Positions 11,620 to 23,632 of a stretch of DNA of 64,000 nucleotides are shown piece by piece; the first letter of the stretch is position 1, and every line of letters begins with the position of its first letter. Location of the stretch: positions 34,162,001 to 34,226,000 of the forward strand of contig OX597839.1 in NCBI GenBank assembly GCA_951406725.2. The letters run 5' to 3'. The notes beneath the pieces were generated by a model that saw only the letters and a program-made list of their open reading frames with translations, had not been told where the DNA came from and did no database searches. The position numbers were made by a program, and so were the translations under genes. This stretch comes from Octopus vulgaris (lineage: Eukaryota).

Positions 11620-11969
11620 TGTATGTGTATTTATTTATGTATGTATTTATGTATGTTGTGTGTGTGTGTATGTTTCAGTAACACTAAATTTCTGCTTCTG
11701 TTACTATATACGTGTGTCTATATGGGTGGGCGTGGGTGGATGAATTTTGTCTTTTTTCTTTTTTTCCTTTTTTTTTTCTTGTTCTATACTTTTATTTGTT
11801 TCACCGCATTGGATCGGCCATTGGTTACAAAGGAACCGGCAAGGGGTGAAGGGGGAGAGTTTCGGAAAGTGTAAGATTTGAACCTACAACAATATTTTTT
11901 TGGTAAAGAAACACAAATCAAAAAAATTAAAAAAAAAAAAAACCAAGAAAACTGAAAGGTAAGACTTAC

Positions 11970-12071
11970 CTCTTCAGGTGAATCCAAAATCCTGACTTTA
12001 TCGTCAAAATCTTCCGAGATTGCGCCATAATTTTCAAGAGGGTAGGCTCCTTTTATCGACTTTTTCGACAT
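11970..12071 (-). CDS. Putative first coding exon of an unidentified host gene (34 codons, MSKKSIKGAYPLENYGAISEDFDDKVRILDSPEE)
   Basis: Unique non-repetitive sequence with ATG in ACAATG context and an in-frame TAG ten codons upstream. It ends at a consensus donor GAG|GTAAGT (phase 0). A long polypyrimidine tract and candidate acceptor CAG (12115-12113) lie upstream, implying a non-coding exon further upstream. Confidence 0.65.
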
Positions 12072-12780
12072 TGTTCCAGCCTCGCAATGTGCGGAATTCT
12101 AAGATTTTGCGTCTGTTTGTGTGGCAATGAAGGGGGGAAAAAAATGGTAAAAATAAAGAGAAAAAAAACACGCGTAAAAATTGTTTTCAATAGACAGGAT
12201 ATAGAATAAATGCCGGCAAATAAAAAACCAAAAAAAAAAAAAGATTTTTTTTTTTGTATGTAGGAAATGGAAAAGGACAAAAAAATAAAATAAATGAAAT
12301 AGTGCAGGAACAACAATAACAAGAATAAATGGAGGAATTAATGGAATATGGTAAATAAATGTAAATCAAAATGTCAAAAAAAAAAAAATTTCAGGATTAG
12401 TAAAAGACAAAAAAAAAAAAAAATGGAAAGAACCAAAAGGAAAAAAAAAAGACAAAAAAAAGACGGTATGGAATCAATTAATAAATAATTATTAAAACAG
12501 TAATTACAGTGGCTAACGAATGTGTTAATGGTTCAGGTAATGAAACGAGGTGCAGCATGAACACCACAGCGCAGCAACGCTATGGCAGCCTCAGACGATT
12601 GGCGGTTTCAACGCCGCCAAAACAAGCAAACCAAAAAGAAAAAAACAAAAAAGCAATGCCGAAAGAAAAAATTATAAAAAAAAAAAGGAACAAGTGTTTG
12701 TCATCGCAGAATCAGTTGGAGATTCTGATATTGGAAGATAGGAATGAAAGTAAGAACTGCACTTGTGGCTTGAAAGGTAG

Positions 12781-14214
12781 GTGTAGCAGTAGTAGTGGTA
12801 GTAGTAGTAGTAGTGGTGGTAGTGGTGGTGGTGGTGGTGGTAGTAGTGGTATGTGTATAACGCTAATAACGGCAGGAGCAGCACCGATGACGATGGCGAT
12901 AACAATAACAACAACAATATTGGTGACAGCAGTGATAGGAATAATGACGATGATGATGGTGGTGGTGGTATTGGTGGTGGTGGTGGTGGTGATGATGATG
13001 AGGATGGCAGTGATGGTGGTATGGTGGTGGTGGTGGTGGTGATGAGGATGGTGGCGGTGGTGGTGGTGGTGGTGGTGGTGGTGGTGGTGGTGGTGATGAT
13101 GATGGTGGTGGTGGTGGTGGTGGTGGTGGTGATGACGATGACGATGGTGGTGGTGGTGGTGGTGGTGGTGGTGATGACGATGATGATGGTGGTGGTGATG
13201 ATGATGAGGATGGTGGTGATGATGATGAGGATGGTGTTGGTGGTGGTGGTGATGATGAGGATGGTGGTGGTGGTGGTGATGATGATGATGATGGTGGTGA
13301 TGGTGGTGGTGATGATGATGATGATGGTGGTGGTGATGGTGGTGGTGATGATGATGATGGTGGTGGTGTGGTGATGGTGGTGGTGATGATGATGACGGTG
13401 ACGATGGTGGTGGTGGTGATGATGATGATGATGATGACTTCGTTTATTTGCCACCAGGGCGAAGGAGAGGGTGCTGTATAATGACAGACACAAAGTATAG
13501 GGATTTACATACAATGAAATAATGATAATAATAATGATGATGATGGTAGTAATATGATCCACCTGAAGGGTGGGGTGGCACAGCAGCGTTATCAACAGCA
13601 GTGTTGTTATCATCGTCATCAACAGCAGCAGTGATATAGGTAACTGCAGCAGCAGCAGTAATGACAACAATAACAACAACAATAATGACAACAACAACAA
13701 CAGCAAGTGTTGTATTGATGGTGTCGTCATCAACAACAACAACAACAACAACAACAACGAGCATCGGTGAAAAACTGCAACAACGGTGACACAAAGAACA
13801 ACAGCAGCAGCAACAACAACAACGACAGCAATATCGGTGACAGGGGAAGACCATCAGCATCATTATCATCAACAGCAGCAATGATGATTATGATGATGAT
13901 AATAATAATAATAATAGTAATAGTAATAATAATAATAATAATAATAATAGTAATAATAATAGTAATAATAACAACAATAATGATAATAATAATAATAATA
14001 ATAATAGTAATAATGATAATTATAATAATGATAACAATAATGATAATAATAATACTAATAATGATAATAATAATAATGATAACAATAATGATAATAATGA
14101 TAATAATAATGATAATAATACTACTACTACTAATAATAATAATAATAATAATAGTAATAATAAAAACAACAACAATAATAATAATGATGACAATAATAAT
14201 ACTAATACTACTAC

Positions 14215-14246
<32 letters not shown>

Positions 14247-16365
14247 CTAATAATGATAATACTACTACTACTACTACTAATAATAATAACGATGATAATA
14301 ATAATACTAATAACGATGATGATAATAATGGTAACACAACAGCACTAGTTGTAGTAGTAGTAATAGGGGTGACACAGCATCACTATCATCATCAACAGTA
14401 ATATTGGTGTTGGCGCCAATAACAACAACAACAACGCCACGGTGACACAAGCAGCATCATCGTCATCAACAAGAACAGAAATTCTGGTGACAATGACAGC
14501 GATTATGCCGCATCGACATCAGCATCATCATCATTGATGACACCGATGTTGACACACCATCATCATCACCAGCAGCAGCATTAACAACAACAACAGCAGC
14601 AGATGTGATTAAAGAAATAAATAAATGGAGAGATAAATAATTTGTGCTTGTTGTTGTTGTTGTTGTTGGTTGACGCTAATAGAAACTCTGCGAGAGAAAC
14701 GCGACAGCAGGGAGAGCCTCATCATCATCAGCAGCATGATGGTGATGGTGTTGATGGTGATGATGGTGATGATGATGGTGATGGTAATGATGATGCTGAT
14801 GGTGATGGCGGATGGTGATGATGATGAAGGTATTGATGATGATGATGATGATGATGATGATAATTATGGTGATGATGCTGATGATGATGGTGGTGGTAGT
14901 GATGATGGTGATGGTGGTGGTGATGGTGATGGCGAATGGTAGAGGAATTGGCATGAGAGAGGAAACGGAATGGAAAAAAAATGGGTTGGAGGCAGCAGCA
15001 ACGGCGGCAACAGTGGCAGCGGCGGTGTGGTGGTGGTAGTGAAGGGATTATTTGCAAGTGTTTTTTTTTCAGTAACAGCGACGACAACAACAGCAGCATC
15101 AGCACCAGTAGCACCGGCAACAATAGCACTGGCAACAACACAGCAGCAACAACAACAAGAACAACAGCAGCAGCAGCTGCAGCAACAACACCAACAACAA
15201 CAGCAGCAATAACAGCAACAACAACAAGAACAACAGCAACAGCAGCAGCAGCAGCTGCAGCAGCAACAACAACAACAACAACAGCAACAAGAACAGCAAC
15301 AACAACAACTGCAGCAGCAGCAACAACAACAGCTGTACAAAAGAATTGGTTTTTTTAAGGCTGACAGTTTAGTTTTTTGACTGAGAGATTTACTGAACTT
15401 TATAAACCAAGGGAACAGGCAGACGGGTGGAGGGGAGTGGCATGGATGGCTGGGCAGACAGATGGAGAGGCAGGTGGGTGAGCCTGTAGATGGACAGGTG
15501 GGCAGATCGACACCTGGCTGACAAATTAATGGATACTCCTTGGTGAGGATAATGTGACAATGAGGAGGGGTAGGGGAGAATGATGGTGATGATGATGATA
15601 ATTAGGATGATGGTGGCAATGGTGGTGGTGCTGGTGGGAATGATGATGATGCTGGTGGGAATGATGACAATGGCAGTCATGACGATGACAAGGAAGAGGA
15701 GAGGAACGACGATTAGGATGATGATGATGACAATCACTGTGAGGATAATTGGGATGAGAGAGGCAATGATAGTGCTGATGGTGATGATGATGATGATGAG
15801 TGCAATGATGATGATGAAAGGGGAGAGGAAGAGGATGATGGCAATGAATGAAAATAACGATGATGATGATGTTGATAACAAGGATGTCAGCAATGACAAT
15901 GATAATGAGGAGAAGGAGGAGGAGGAGAAGAAGAGGAAGCAGAAAAAGAAGGAGGAGGAGGAAGAAGAAGAAGTGTAAAAGACAGAAAAGAAGTTTCTTT
16001 TATGAATTAGTTTTGAAATGATTTCTGACAATCCAATATCTCTCCACCCCCCACCCCCCACTCGCCTACCCACCCCCATACAGCTAGAAAGAAGGAAACA
16101 GTATGGAATATCAGATAAACCGAATCTCAGTTCCTTATTTGACCCAGTGGCCTCTACTTCATGGCCCTTCGATGTTTTTCATGCCAAAATCTCAATTATC
16201 ATTATCATCATCATCTTCATCACCATCGTCATCATCGCCATCATCATCATCATCCTCGTCGTCATCATCATCATCAGCAGCAGCAGCAGCTTGATCATCA
16301 TCATCATCATCATTCTCATCATCGTCGTCGTTGTCGTCATCATTGTCGTCATCGTTATCATTTCA
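12781..16365. repeat. Block of trinucleotide microsatellites (GGT/GAT, AAC/CAG, AAT, ATC) with short unique islands
   Basis: Directly visible; source of the poly-V/M/H/T/I/Q ORFs. Confidence 0.95.
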
Positions 16366-16575
16366 CATCTGGTTTTCCATTCCGGCATGGGTTGGATGGT
16401 TTGACAGGGGCTGGCAAGGCCAGAGGGCTGCATCATGTACCATTATCTGTTCTGGCATGGCATCTACAGCAGGATGCCCTTCCCTAATGCCAACCACTTT
16501 ATTTCATAGAGTGGGCTGGGTGCATTTTAGGTGCCACCAGCACTGATGGGTGCTTTTTTTCATGTGGTACCAACA
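16366..16575 (-). mobile_element. RTE LINE 3' UTR fragment ((GAT)n-tailed family)
   Basis: ttttccattccggcatgggttggatgg...ggatgcccttccctaatgccaaccac...gggtgctttt matches other copies. Confidence 0.7.
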
Positions 16576-17365
16576 GAAAGGGTGTCTCCAACTAATTTGT
16601 GCAATGGAAACCTCTCAGCTGGGAGAGGAAACAAAACTGAGAGAAGTGGCCTGGGGAGTAAAACCATGACCATCCATCCATCCATACAGACAAGCATGTC
16701 CTTTTCGGCCATGCCCTCCACCACACACAGACATAATCCGTCCTCTGTCAAAAAGTACCCCACAACCCACCTTCCCAACATCACCCCCATCCCATCTCCC
16801 AATGCAGATCCCCCTCCACTCTCCCCTCGTTTGCCTATTCACACACTCTCCATGCCCTCCTTCGCATATCTACCCACCCACTTCCACCTACCCCAGTCTC
16901 CCTCACCATCGCTTGATTCGGTCCCCTTCCCTGTCTCTAAACATCCCACCTCACACACACAAAAACATTCCCCTCTACACCACATTTACTTCCCCCACCC
17001 ACCCCACCACTGTCCTCCATGGGTGGGTCCTGAGGCATCTCCAACACCATCTGTTTACCCACATCTCCCTATCTCTCTCTCTCTCTCTTTCTCTCTCCTC
17101 TCTCTCTCTCTCTGACTTTCTCCTTATCTTTCTCTCTCTCTCCTCTCTCGCTTTCTGGCTGTTTCCCTATCTCTCTTTGTCTGACTGTCTCCCTATCTAT
17201 CTCTCCTTCTCTCCCCCTCTCTCTCCTTCACTCCTTCTCCCCCCCCTCTCTCCCCTCCCCCCCCTCTCTCTCCATGGCTTACTTAGAGGGTGGGGCAATC
17301 ATAGGGGTAGATTCCATTTGTTGCCTACTTTAACACCATCACCAACAGGTCTTTGGGTGCCTTGT

Positions 17366-17515
17366 GGAGGCACGTGGCTTAGTGGTTAGGGTGTTGGACT
17401 CATGATCGTAAGATTGCGGTTTCAATTCCTGGTCCAGCCGACACATTGTGTTCTTGAGCAAAACCCTTTATTTCACATCACTTCAGACCACTCAGCAGGC
17501 AAAAATGAGTAACCC
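17366..17515 (+). mobile_element. SINE family B (tRNA-derived), 5' part
   Basis: A box tggcttagtgg, B box ggtttcaattcc, core ttgtgttcttgagcaaaac...ccactcagc.ggcaaaaatgagt. Other copies at ~31130-31290, 53604-53890, 56350-56736 and 63337-63655. Confidence 0.8.
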
Positions 17516-18642
17516 TGCACCAGACTTACAAGCCATTGGTTGGCTTGAGGCTATGGTAAAAGATACTTGCCCAAGCTTACATGGTGGGCTTCTGATCATT
17601 ATCCATTTTTCATTCAAAAATATTCTTCTGGAATACTGTATTCTTTTGTTCCTTTATTCTGTTTCTATTCGCCGATTCTTTATTCCTCTTTCCATTCTTT
17701 AATTCCCTAATTCTGTTGCCAATTCTTTCATTCTTTGTCTCCCCTTTCATTCTCCATCGTTTACCATCTCCATGCCCTACTCCTTGGCCTACCCCACTTC
17801 TTCGGATTTAGATAATCTTGTCCGATTCTCTTCGAGACACAGAGAGATGCGGCTTTCCATTGGGATTAAGATGTCTCCTATATACCGTTTCTTTGACAAT
17901 AGAAATCCCAATAGAAGAACCGCGTCCTCCCTTGTGTCCACATGTTTTGTGTTCTGTGTATATTTTCATCTCGTCCCTTCCCCGTTTCTCACCAGTTCGT
18001 CTTTTATGCAAACTCCCACACAAATTAGAAACTGTGCTTGTAATATCCCTTTCATCCGATGATGTTCCCGTGGAAGATAAGCAAAATCACCACCACTACC
18101 AACACCATCACCATCGTCATCATCATTATCATCATCATCGCCGTCATCATCACCATAATCATCGCCATCTTCATTGTTGTTATGAAGGGGCTGTGGCTAT
18201 GTTCTGAGTTCAAATTCCGCCATCACCATCATCATCATCTTCATCATCATCACTGTCATCATCACCATCAACATCATCATCATCATCATCATCATCATCA
18301 ACATCACTATCATTAACATCATCATCATCATCATCAGCATCATCATCATTATCATCACTGTCATCATCATCATCATCATCGTATTCACCATCATCATCAC
18401 TATCATCATCGTCACCATCACTGCCATCCTCACCATCATCACCACCACCATCACCATCATCATCATCATCATCATCATCACTATCATCACCCTCATCATC
18501 ACCCTCATCATCACCATCATCATCATCATCATCACTATCATCATCATCATCATCACCATCATCACCATCATCACTATCATCACCATCATCATCACCATCA
18601 CCATCATCATTATTATTATGAAGTGGCCGTCCTTATGTTGAT

Positions 18643-18770
18643 TGAGTTCAAATTCCACTGAGATCAACTTTGCCTTTCATCCTTTCGGGGTGCGGTAAAT
18701 TAAGTACCAGTTATGCACTGGGGTCAATGTAATCGACTAGGCCTCTCCCACCAAAAATTTCAGGCCCTGT
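18643..18770 (+). mobile_element. SINE family C fragment
   Basis: gagttcaaattcc...ctttgcctttcatcctttcgggg...taagtaccagttatgcactggggtc. Confidence 0.75.
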
Positions 18771-19045
18771 GTGTCAAGGCATAGAGGAAGAATGCAGACC
18801 CATACTACACCCGCCACACTCCGTCAACCACTCTACGCCAACCCATACTGTACCAGTAATTACACGTATATTAACATCAATAGCTATACACCCATTTGTG
18901 TTACCATCATCATCATCAGCATCAGCATCACAAGCGTAATTGTTACTCTGTCACATGACACATTCATCAACAACTTAATTGGCGCTTTTGATTAGCTTAA
19001 TCATGGTCATAATGGCAAAAGTAACGATGGGGGTTACCTGTGTTC

Positions 19046-19217
19046 GATGGTGGTGGTGGTGGTGGTGGTAAGGAAGTTGAGATCAAGAATGGCAATGATG
19101 GTGATGTTGATGATGATGATGGTGGTGGTGATGGTGATGGTGATGATGATAATAAGATGATGATGGTGGTGGTGGTGGTGGTGGTGGTGATGATGGTGGT
19201 GGTGGTGGTGGTGATGA

Positions 19218-19251
<34 letters not shown>

Positions 19252-20075
19252 GGTGGTGGTGGTGGTGGTGGTGGTGGTGGTGGTGATGATGATGATGGTG
19301 GTGGTGGTGGTGGTGGTGGTGGTGGTGGTGGTGGTGGTGGTGATGATGATGATAATAAGATGATGATGATGGTGGTGGTGGTGGTGGTGGTGGTGATGAT
19401 GATGATGGTGGTGGTAGTGGTGATGGTGATGATGGTGGTGGTGGTGGTGGTGGTGATGATGATGATGGTGGTGGTGGTGGTGGTGGTGGTGGTGGTGGTG
19501 GTGGTGGTGGTGGTGATGGTGATGATGATAATAAGATGATGATGATGGTGGTGGTGGTGGTGGTGGTGGTGATGATGATGATGGTGGTGGTGGTGGTGAT
19601 GGTGATGATGGTGGTGGTGGTGGTGGTGGTGATGATGATGATGGTGGTGGTGGTGGTGGTGGTGGTGGTGGTGGTGGTGGTGGTGGTGATGATGATGATA
19701 ATAAGATGATGATGATGGTGGTGGTGGTGGTGGTGGTGGTGATGATGATGATGGTGGTGGTGGTGATGGTGGTGATGATAATAAGATGATGGTGGTGGTG
19801 GTGGTGATGGTGATGATGATGATAAGATGATGATGATGGTGGTGGTGGTGGTGGTGATGGTGATGATGATAATAAGATGATGGTGGTGGTGGTGGTGATG
19901 GTGATGATGATGATAAGATGATGATGATGGTGGTGGTGGTGGTGGTGGTGATGATGATGGTGGTGGTGGTGGTGGTGGTGGTGGTGATGGTGATGATGAT
20001 GATGGTGGTGGTGGTGGTGATGGTGGTGATGGTGATGGTGGTGGTGGTGATGGTGATGCTGACTTCAATGGTGGT
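19046..20075. repeat. (GGT)n/(GAT)n compound satellite punctuated by gataataagatg
   Basis: Directly visible. Confidence 0.95.
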
Positions 20076-20894
20076 ATTACATTTAAGACAGGAAGCCCAT
20101 AATTGTGGCGACACTTCAATATATCGAAATGAATATATCTACCTACAGTAATGGCTTTTGCTTCCAGCACCCCCTTCTCCCTCCCTCCATCCCCCCTCTG
20201 TCTCTTACACACACACACACACACACACATATTTATAGTGTGTGGGGGTGGGTAGGTGCTTGTGTGTGTGTGTGTTGGTGTAAATGTGTGTATGTGTGTG
20301 TGTATCTGTGTGTATGTGTGTATGTGTATGTGTGTGTATGTGTGTGTGTGTATGTGTGTGTGTATGTGTGTGTGTATGTGTGTGTATGTGTGTGTGTGTA
20401 TGTGTGTGTATGTGTGCGTGTATGTGTGTGTGTATGTGTGCATGTATATGTGTGTGTATGTGTGTATCTCTGTGTGTGTGTATGTGTGTATCTCTGTGTG
20501 TGTGTATGTGTGTGTGTGTGTGTGTGTGCAAAAGTGAAGGGGAAAATCGTTCCTGCAGGATGGAGATAATTCTGTAAAAATCAAATAATCGCACTTGTAC
20601 ATCACCACCACCACGTCGCCGCAACCACCACCACCACCACCCACCACCACCACCACCACCACCTAACACAACCACCCACTACCACCATCATTACAAACCC
20701 CACCATTGCCATTGCCAAAACTATCACCCCAACGCCACGACCACCAATACTGCTACCATCACCCTTTCCATCCATGCCCTATTTCCATTTTATCATTATT
20801 ACCAAATTTTACCGCCCTTCTCCTTTCGACACATTAAAATCATTACAATAATGTCTGATATGAATCTAATATATAACAATATATACACTGTATA

Positions 20895-20927
<33 letters not shown>

Positions 20928-21070
20928 AGTAGGTGAATGAATTATCCTATGTTTATCGTCTGCATGGAAAATTCGTTTAACCGAAACCTGGGTAGCAAAT
21001 TCAGTTCAGAAAACACGGTTGAAGCTTTGGTTACCATGTAGGCAATCATCGAAATTTTTGTTTGTCTTGT

Positions 21071-21179
21071 TGTCGAGAGAGGCTCCGTTTCTTTCCTGAT
21101 GAGAAGATTGCATAATGCACCCTTTATTCCTTCGGAATAAAAATATGCTGTCTTCGAAACATGTGTCGAGAGTAAAGGA
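21071..21179 (+). ncRNA. Hammerhead ribozyme motif with intact catalytic core
   Basis: CTTTC-CTGATGA(21096-21102)-GAAGA...TCTTC-GAAA(21156-21159)-C-ATGT-G-TC-GAGAG. Stem I is CTTTC/GAGAG. Stem II is GAAGA/TCTTC, extended by GCATA/TATGC and a TTTATTCC/GGAATAAA hairpin. Stem III is minimal with palindromic ACATGT, followed by a GUC triplet. Confidence 0.75.
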
Positions 21180-21219
21180 ATTTTGTTAACATCTTCGTTC
21201 GACTCCATTCTTTCATTTA

Positions 21220-21269
<50 letters not shown>

Positions 21270-21479
21270 GTATAACAATATATATATATATATATATAAA
21301 TTCAGCAAACAATTTAGATTCAAATGAATATGGTACTTAATTTAGATGCACCAGAATTTTTTATGGTGTTATCCATAAAAATATGCCGGGTGATTATAAT
21401 CAAAAATACGCAACAAGAATGGATCCAGTAATTTAGTACAATTGTTTCAAACTATAACATTTTTATAAAAAGCTGTAAA

Positions 21480-21513
<34 letters not shown>

Positions 21514-21861
21514 GGTAAAAATTTTGAAATTTTGTGTGAAAAAATTAAATAGTCAAAACCATTTTAAGTTCCATAAAGAACGATATATACTAGAAATAAA
21601 GCCAAAGCCAACCAAAATAACATCAATTCCGTAAACCAGAGAAATAAAAACATTTACCTGTAATTTCTTATCAGTTTACTGTTTAATGGTAAACTAACTG
21701 AATCAAAATTTTTTGACCCATATTGATTAATTATGAATTTCTGTTAATTCGTAATGGAATGCTATATTTATTTGCTGCCGAAATTTACGACGTTGAAAAT
21801 TTTAGGTCAGATATTGCGAGGCAGGAGAATGCGTGAAAATATCTGTTCGACCTACTTACGA

Positions 21862-22278
21862 TGTAAGTAGCTTGTTTACCAACCACATGATTGATATTAT
21901 AATATTATATTGGCTGTGGTAAGTAGCTTCCGGGTTCAGTCCCACTGCGTGGCACCTTGGGCAAGTGTCTTCTACTATAGCCTCGGGCTGACCAAAGCCT
22001 TGTGAGTGGATTTGGTAGACAGAAACTGAAAGAAGCCCGTCGTATATATGTGTATATATATATATGCGTGCGTGTGTTTGTCCCACTAGCATTGCTTGAC
22101 AACCGATGCTGGTTTGTTTATGTCCCCGTTACTTAGCGGTTCGGCAAAAGAGACCGATAGAATAAGTACTGGGCTTACAAAAGAATAAGTCCCGGGGTTG
22201 ATTTGCTCGATTAAAAGGCGATGCTCCAGCATGGCCGCAGTCAAATGACTGAAACAAGTAAAAGAGTAAAAGAGTAAG
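21862..22278 (+). mobile_element. SINE family A with rearranged head
   Basis: Body and tail match family A; gtaagtagctt occurs twice in the head, around an AT-rich insert. Confidence 0.85.
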
Positions 22279-22436
22279 AGATATATATATATATATATAA
22301 TGTATAACAATATATATATATATATATATATATAAAGTTAATCCAAACAAGAAAACAAAATCAAAAAAACAACAACGCAAGGACGTGGAACAAATAAAGT
22401 ATTATTGGACGCTCAGGAAAGAAGGGAAGAAGGAGG

Positions 22437-22471
22437 GTTTGATGTTTCGAGCGGAGCTCTTTGTCGGAAAC
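22437..22471 (-). ncRNA. Decayed minimal hammerhead motif in a short repeat (22335-22471; partial copy ~45897-45953)
   Basis: Minus strand GTTT-CCGACAA-A-GAGC-TCC-GCTC-GAAAC-ATC-AAAC. Stems I and II are perfect. It is three substitutions (two CpG-type) from CTGACGA...GAAACGTC. Confidence 0.55.
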
Positions 22472-22473
22472 AT

Positions 22474-22506
<33 letters not shown>

Positions 22507-22518
<12 letters not shown>

Positions 22519-22660
22519 TTAGAGACAAAACCACTATTTTGCAAAACAAACAAGGAAAGACTTAATCAATACATAAAATTTTAATAAAAAGTCATGTATT
22601 GATTAAGTCTTTCCTTGTTTGTTTTGCAAAATAGTGGTTTGTCTCTAATAATATTATATA
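22507..22660. repeat. Near-perfect inverted repeat, ~68-bp arms, 19-nt loop
   Basis: 22507-22574 is the reverse complement of 22594-22660, apart from one indel. Confidence 0.95.
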
Positions 22661-23092
22661 ATATTTTACTATAAAATTGGATTTAATCCTAAATCTGATT
22701 TTTTCCCTGTAAATTTGGATTTATTCCCTAATATTTTTATTATATATATATATGTATTGGTCTGCATTGCAAGAAACAGCTGGGTTCCTTTCTCTAACAT
22801 TTTACATAATTCAAACAGCACAAGGGAATATATGAAAAAAAGAAAAAAGAAATGGAATTTTAAAAGAAGTTTCTATAAAACTAGTTTTTAAATGTCGAAT
22901 GGCTATGGGGGTCAACCTGAATAAAATAGTAATCAAAGGGGTCCATAGATTAAAAAGAAATGGCTGAGATGCCCTGATCTAACTCATACTAGCATGGAAA
23001 AACAGATAAACTGTAAACAAAATATGGCAGTGTATATCAACAGACTGGTGTGTGGGTTTTGAGGAAGATTTGGCTGCTGTTTCTAGTAAATC

Positions 23093-23632
23093 TGGAGCAC
23101 CACCTTTAGTTGAACAAATCAACCCTGGGACTTACTCTTTTGTAAGCCTAGTACTTATTCTATCGGTCACTTTTGCTGATCTGCTAAGCTACAGGAACGT
23201 AAATACACCAGCATTGGTTGTCAAGTGATGGTGGAGAGACAAACACAGACATATAAACTTACGCACACACACACATATATATAAATATGATGGGCTTCTT
23301 TCAGTTTCCATCTACCAAATCCACTCACAAGGCTTTAGTCAGCCCGAGGTTATAGTAGAAGACACTTGCCCAAGGTGCCACGCAGTGGGACTGAACCCAG
23401 AACCATCTGGTTGGTTAAGCCAACTACTTATCACACAGCCATGCCTATGCTTATATATATACATATATACAACGGGCTTCTTTCAGTTTCCGTCTACCAA
23501 ATCCACTCACAAGGCATTGGTTGGCCCGGGGCTATAGCAGAAGACACTTGCCCAAGATGCCACACAGCGGGACTGAACCTGGAACCATGTGGTTGGTCAG
23601 CAAGCTACTTACCACACAGCCACTACTGCACC
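23093..23632 (-). mobile_element. Two tandem SINE family A copies (one near full length, one 5' half)
   Basis: Family A motifs occur twice. Confidence 0.85.

Noticed and set aside
12509-20675. Long ORFs of poly-His/Thr/Pro/Val/Met/Ile/Gln (e.g. 19034-20662, 12672-13757)
   Set aside because: They are translations of trinucleotide and dinucleotide microsatellites, open in several frames on both strands, with no domain or splice evidence.
20942-21208. 88-aa minus-strand ORF (MESNEDVNKIPLL...) as a host exon
   Set aside because: It has no recognisable domain or good splice signals, and it is the antisense of a structured hammerhead-bearing sequence.
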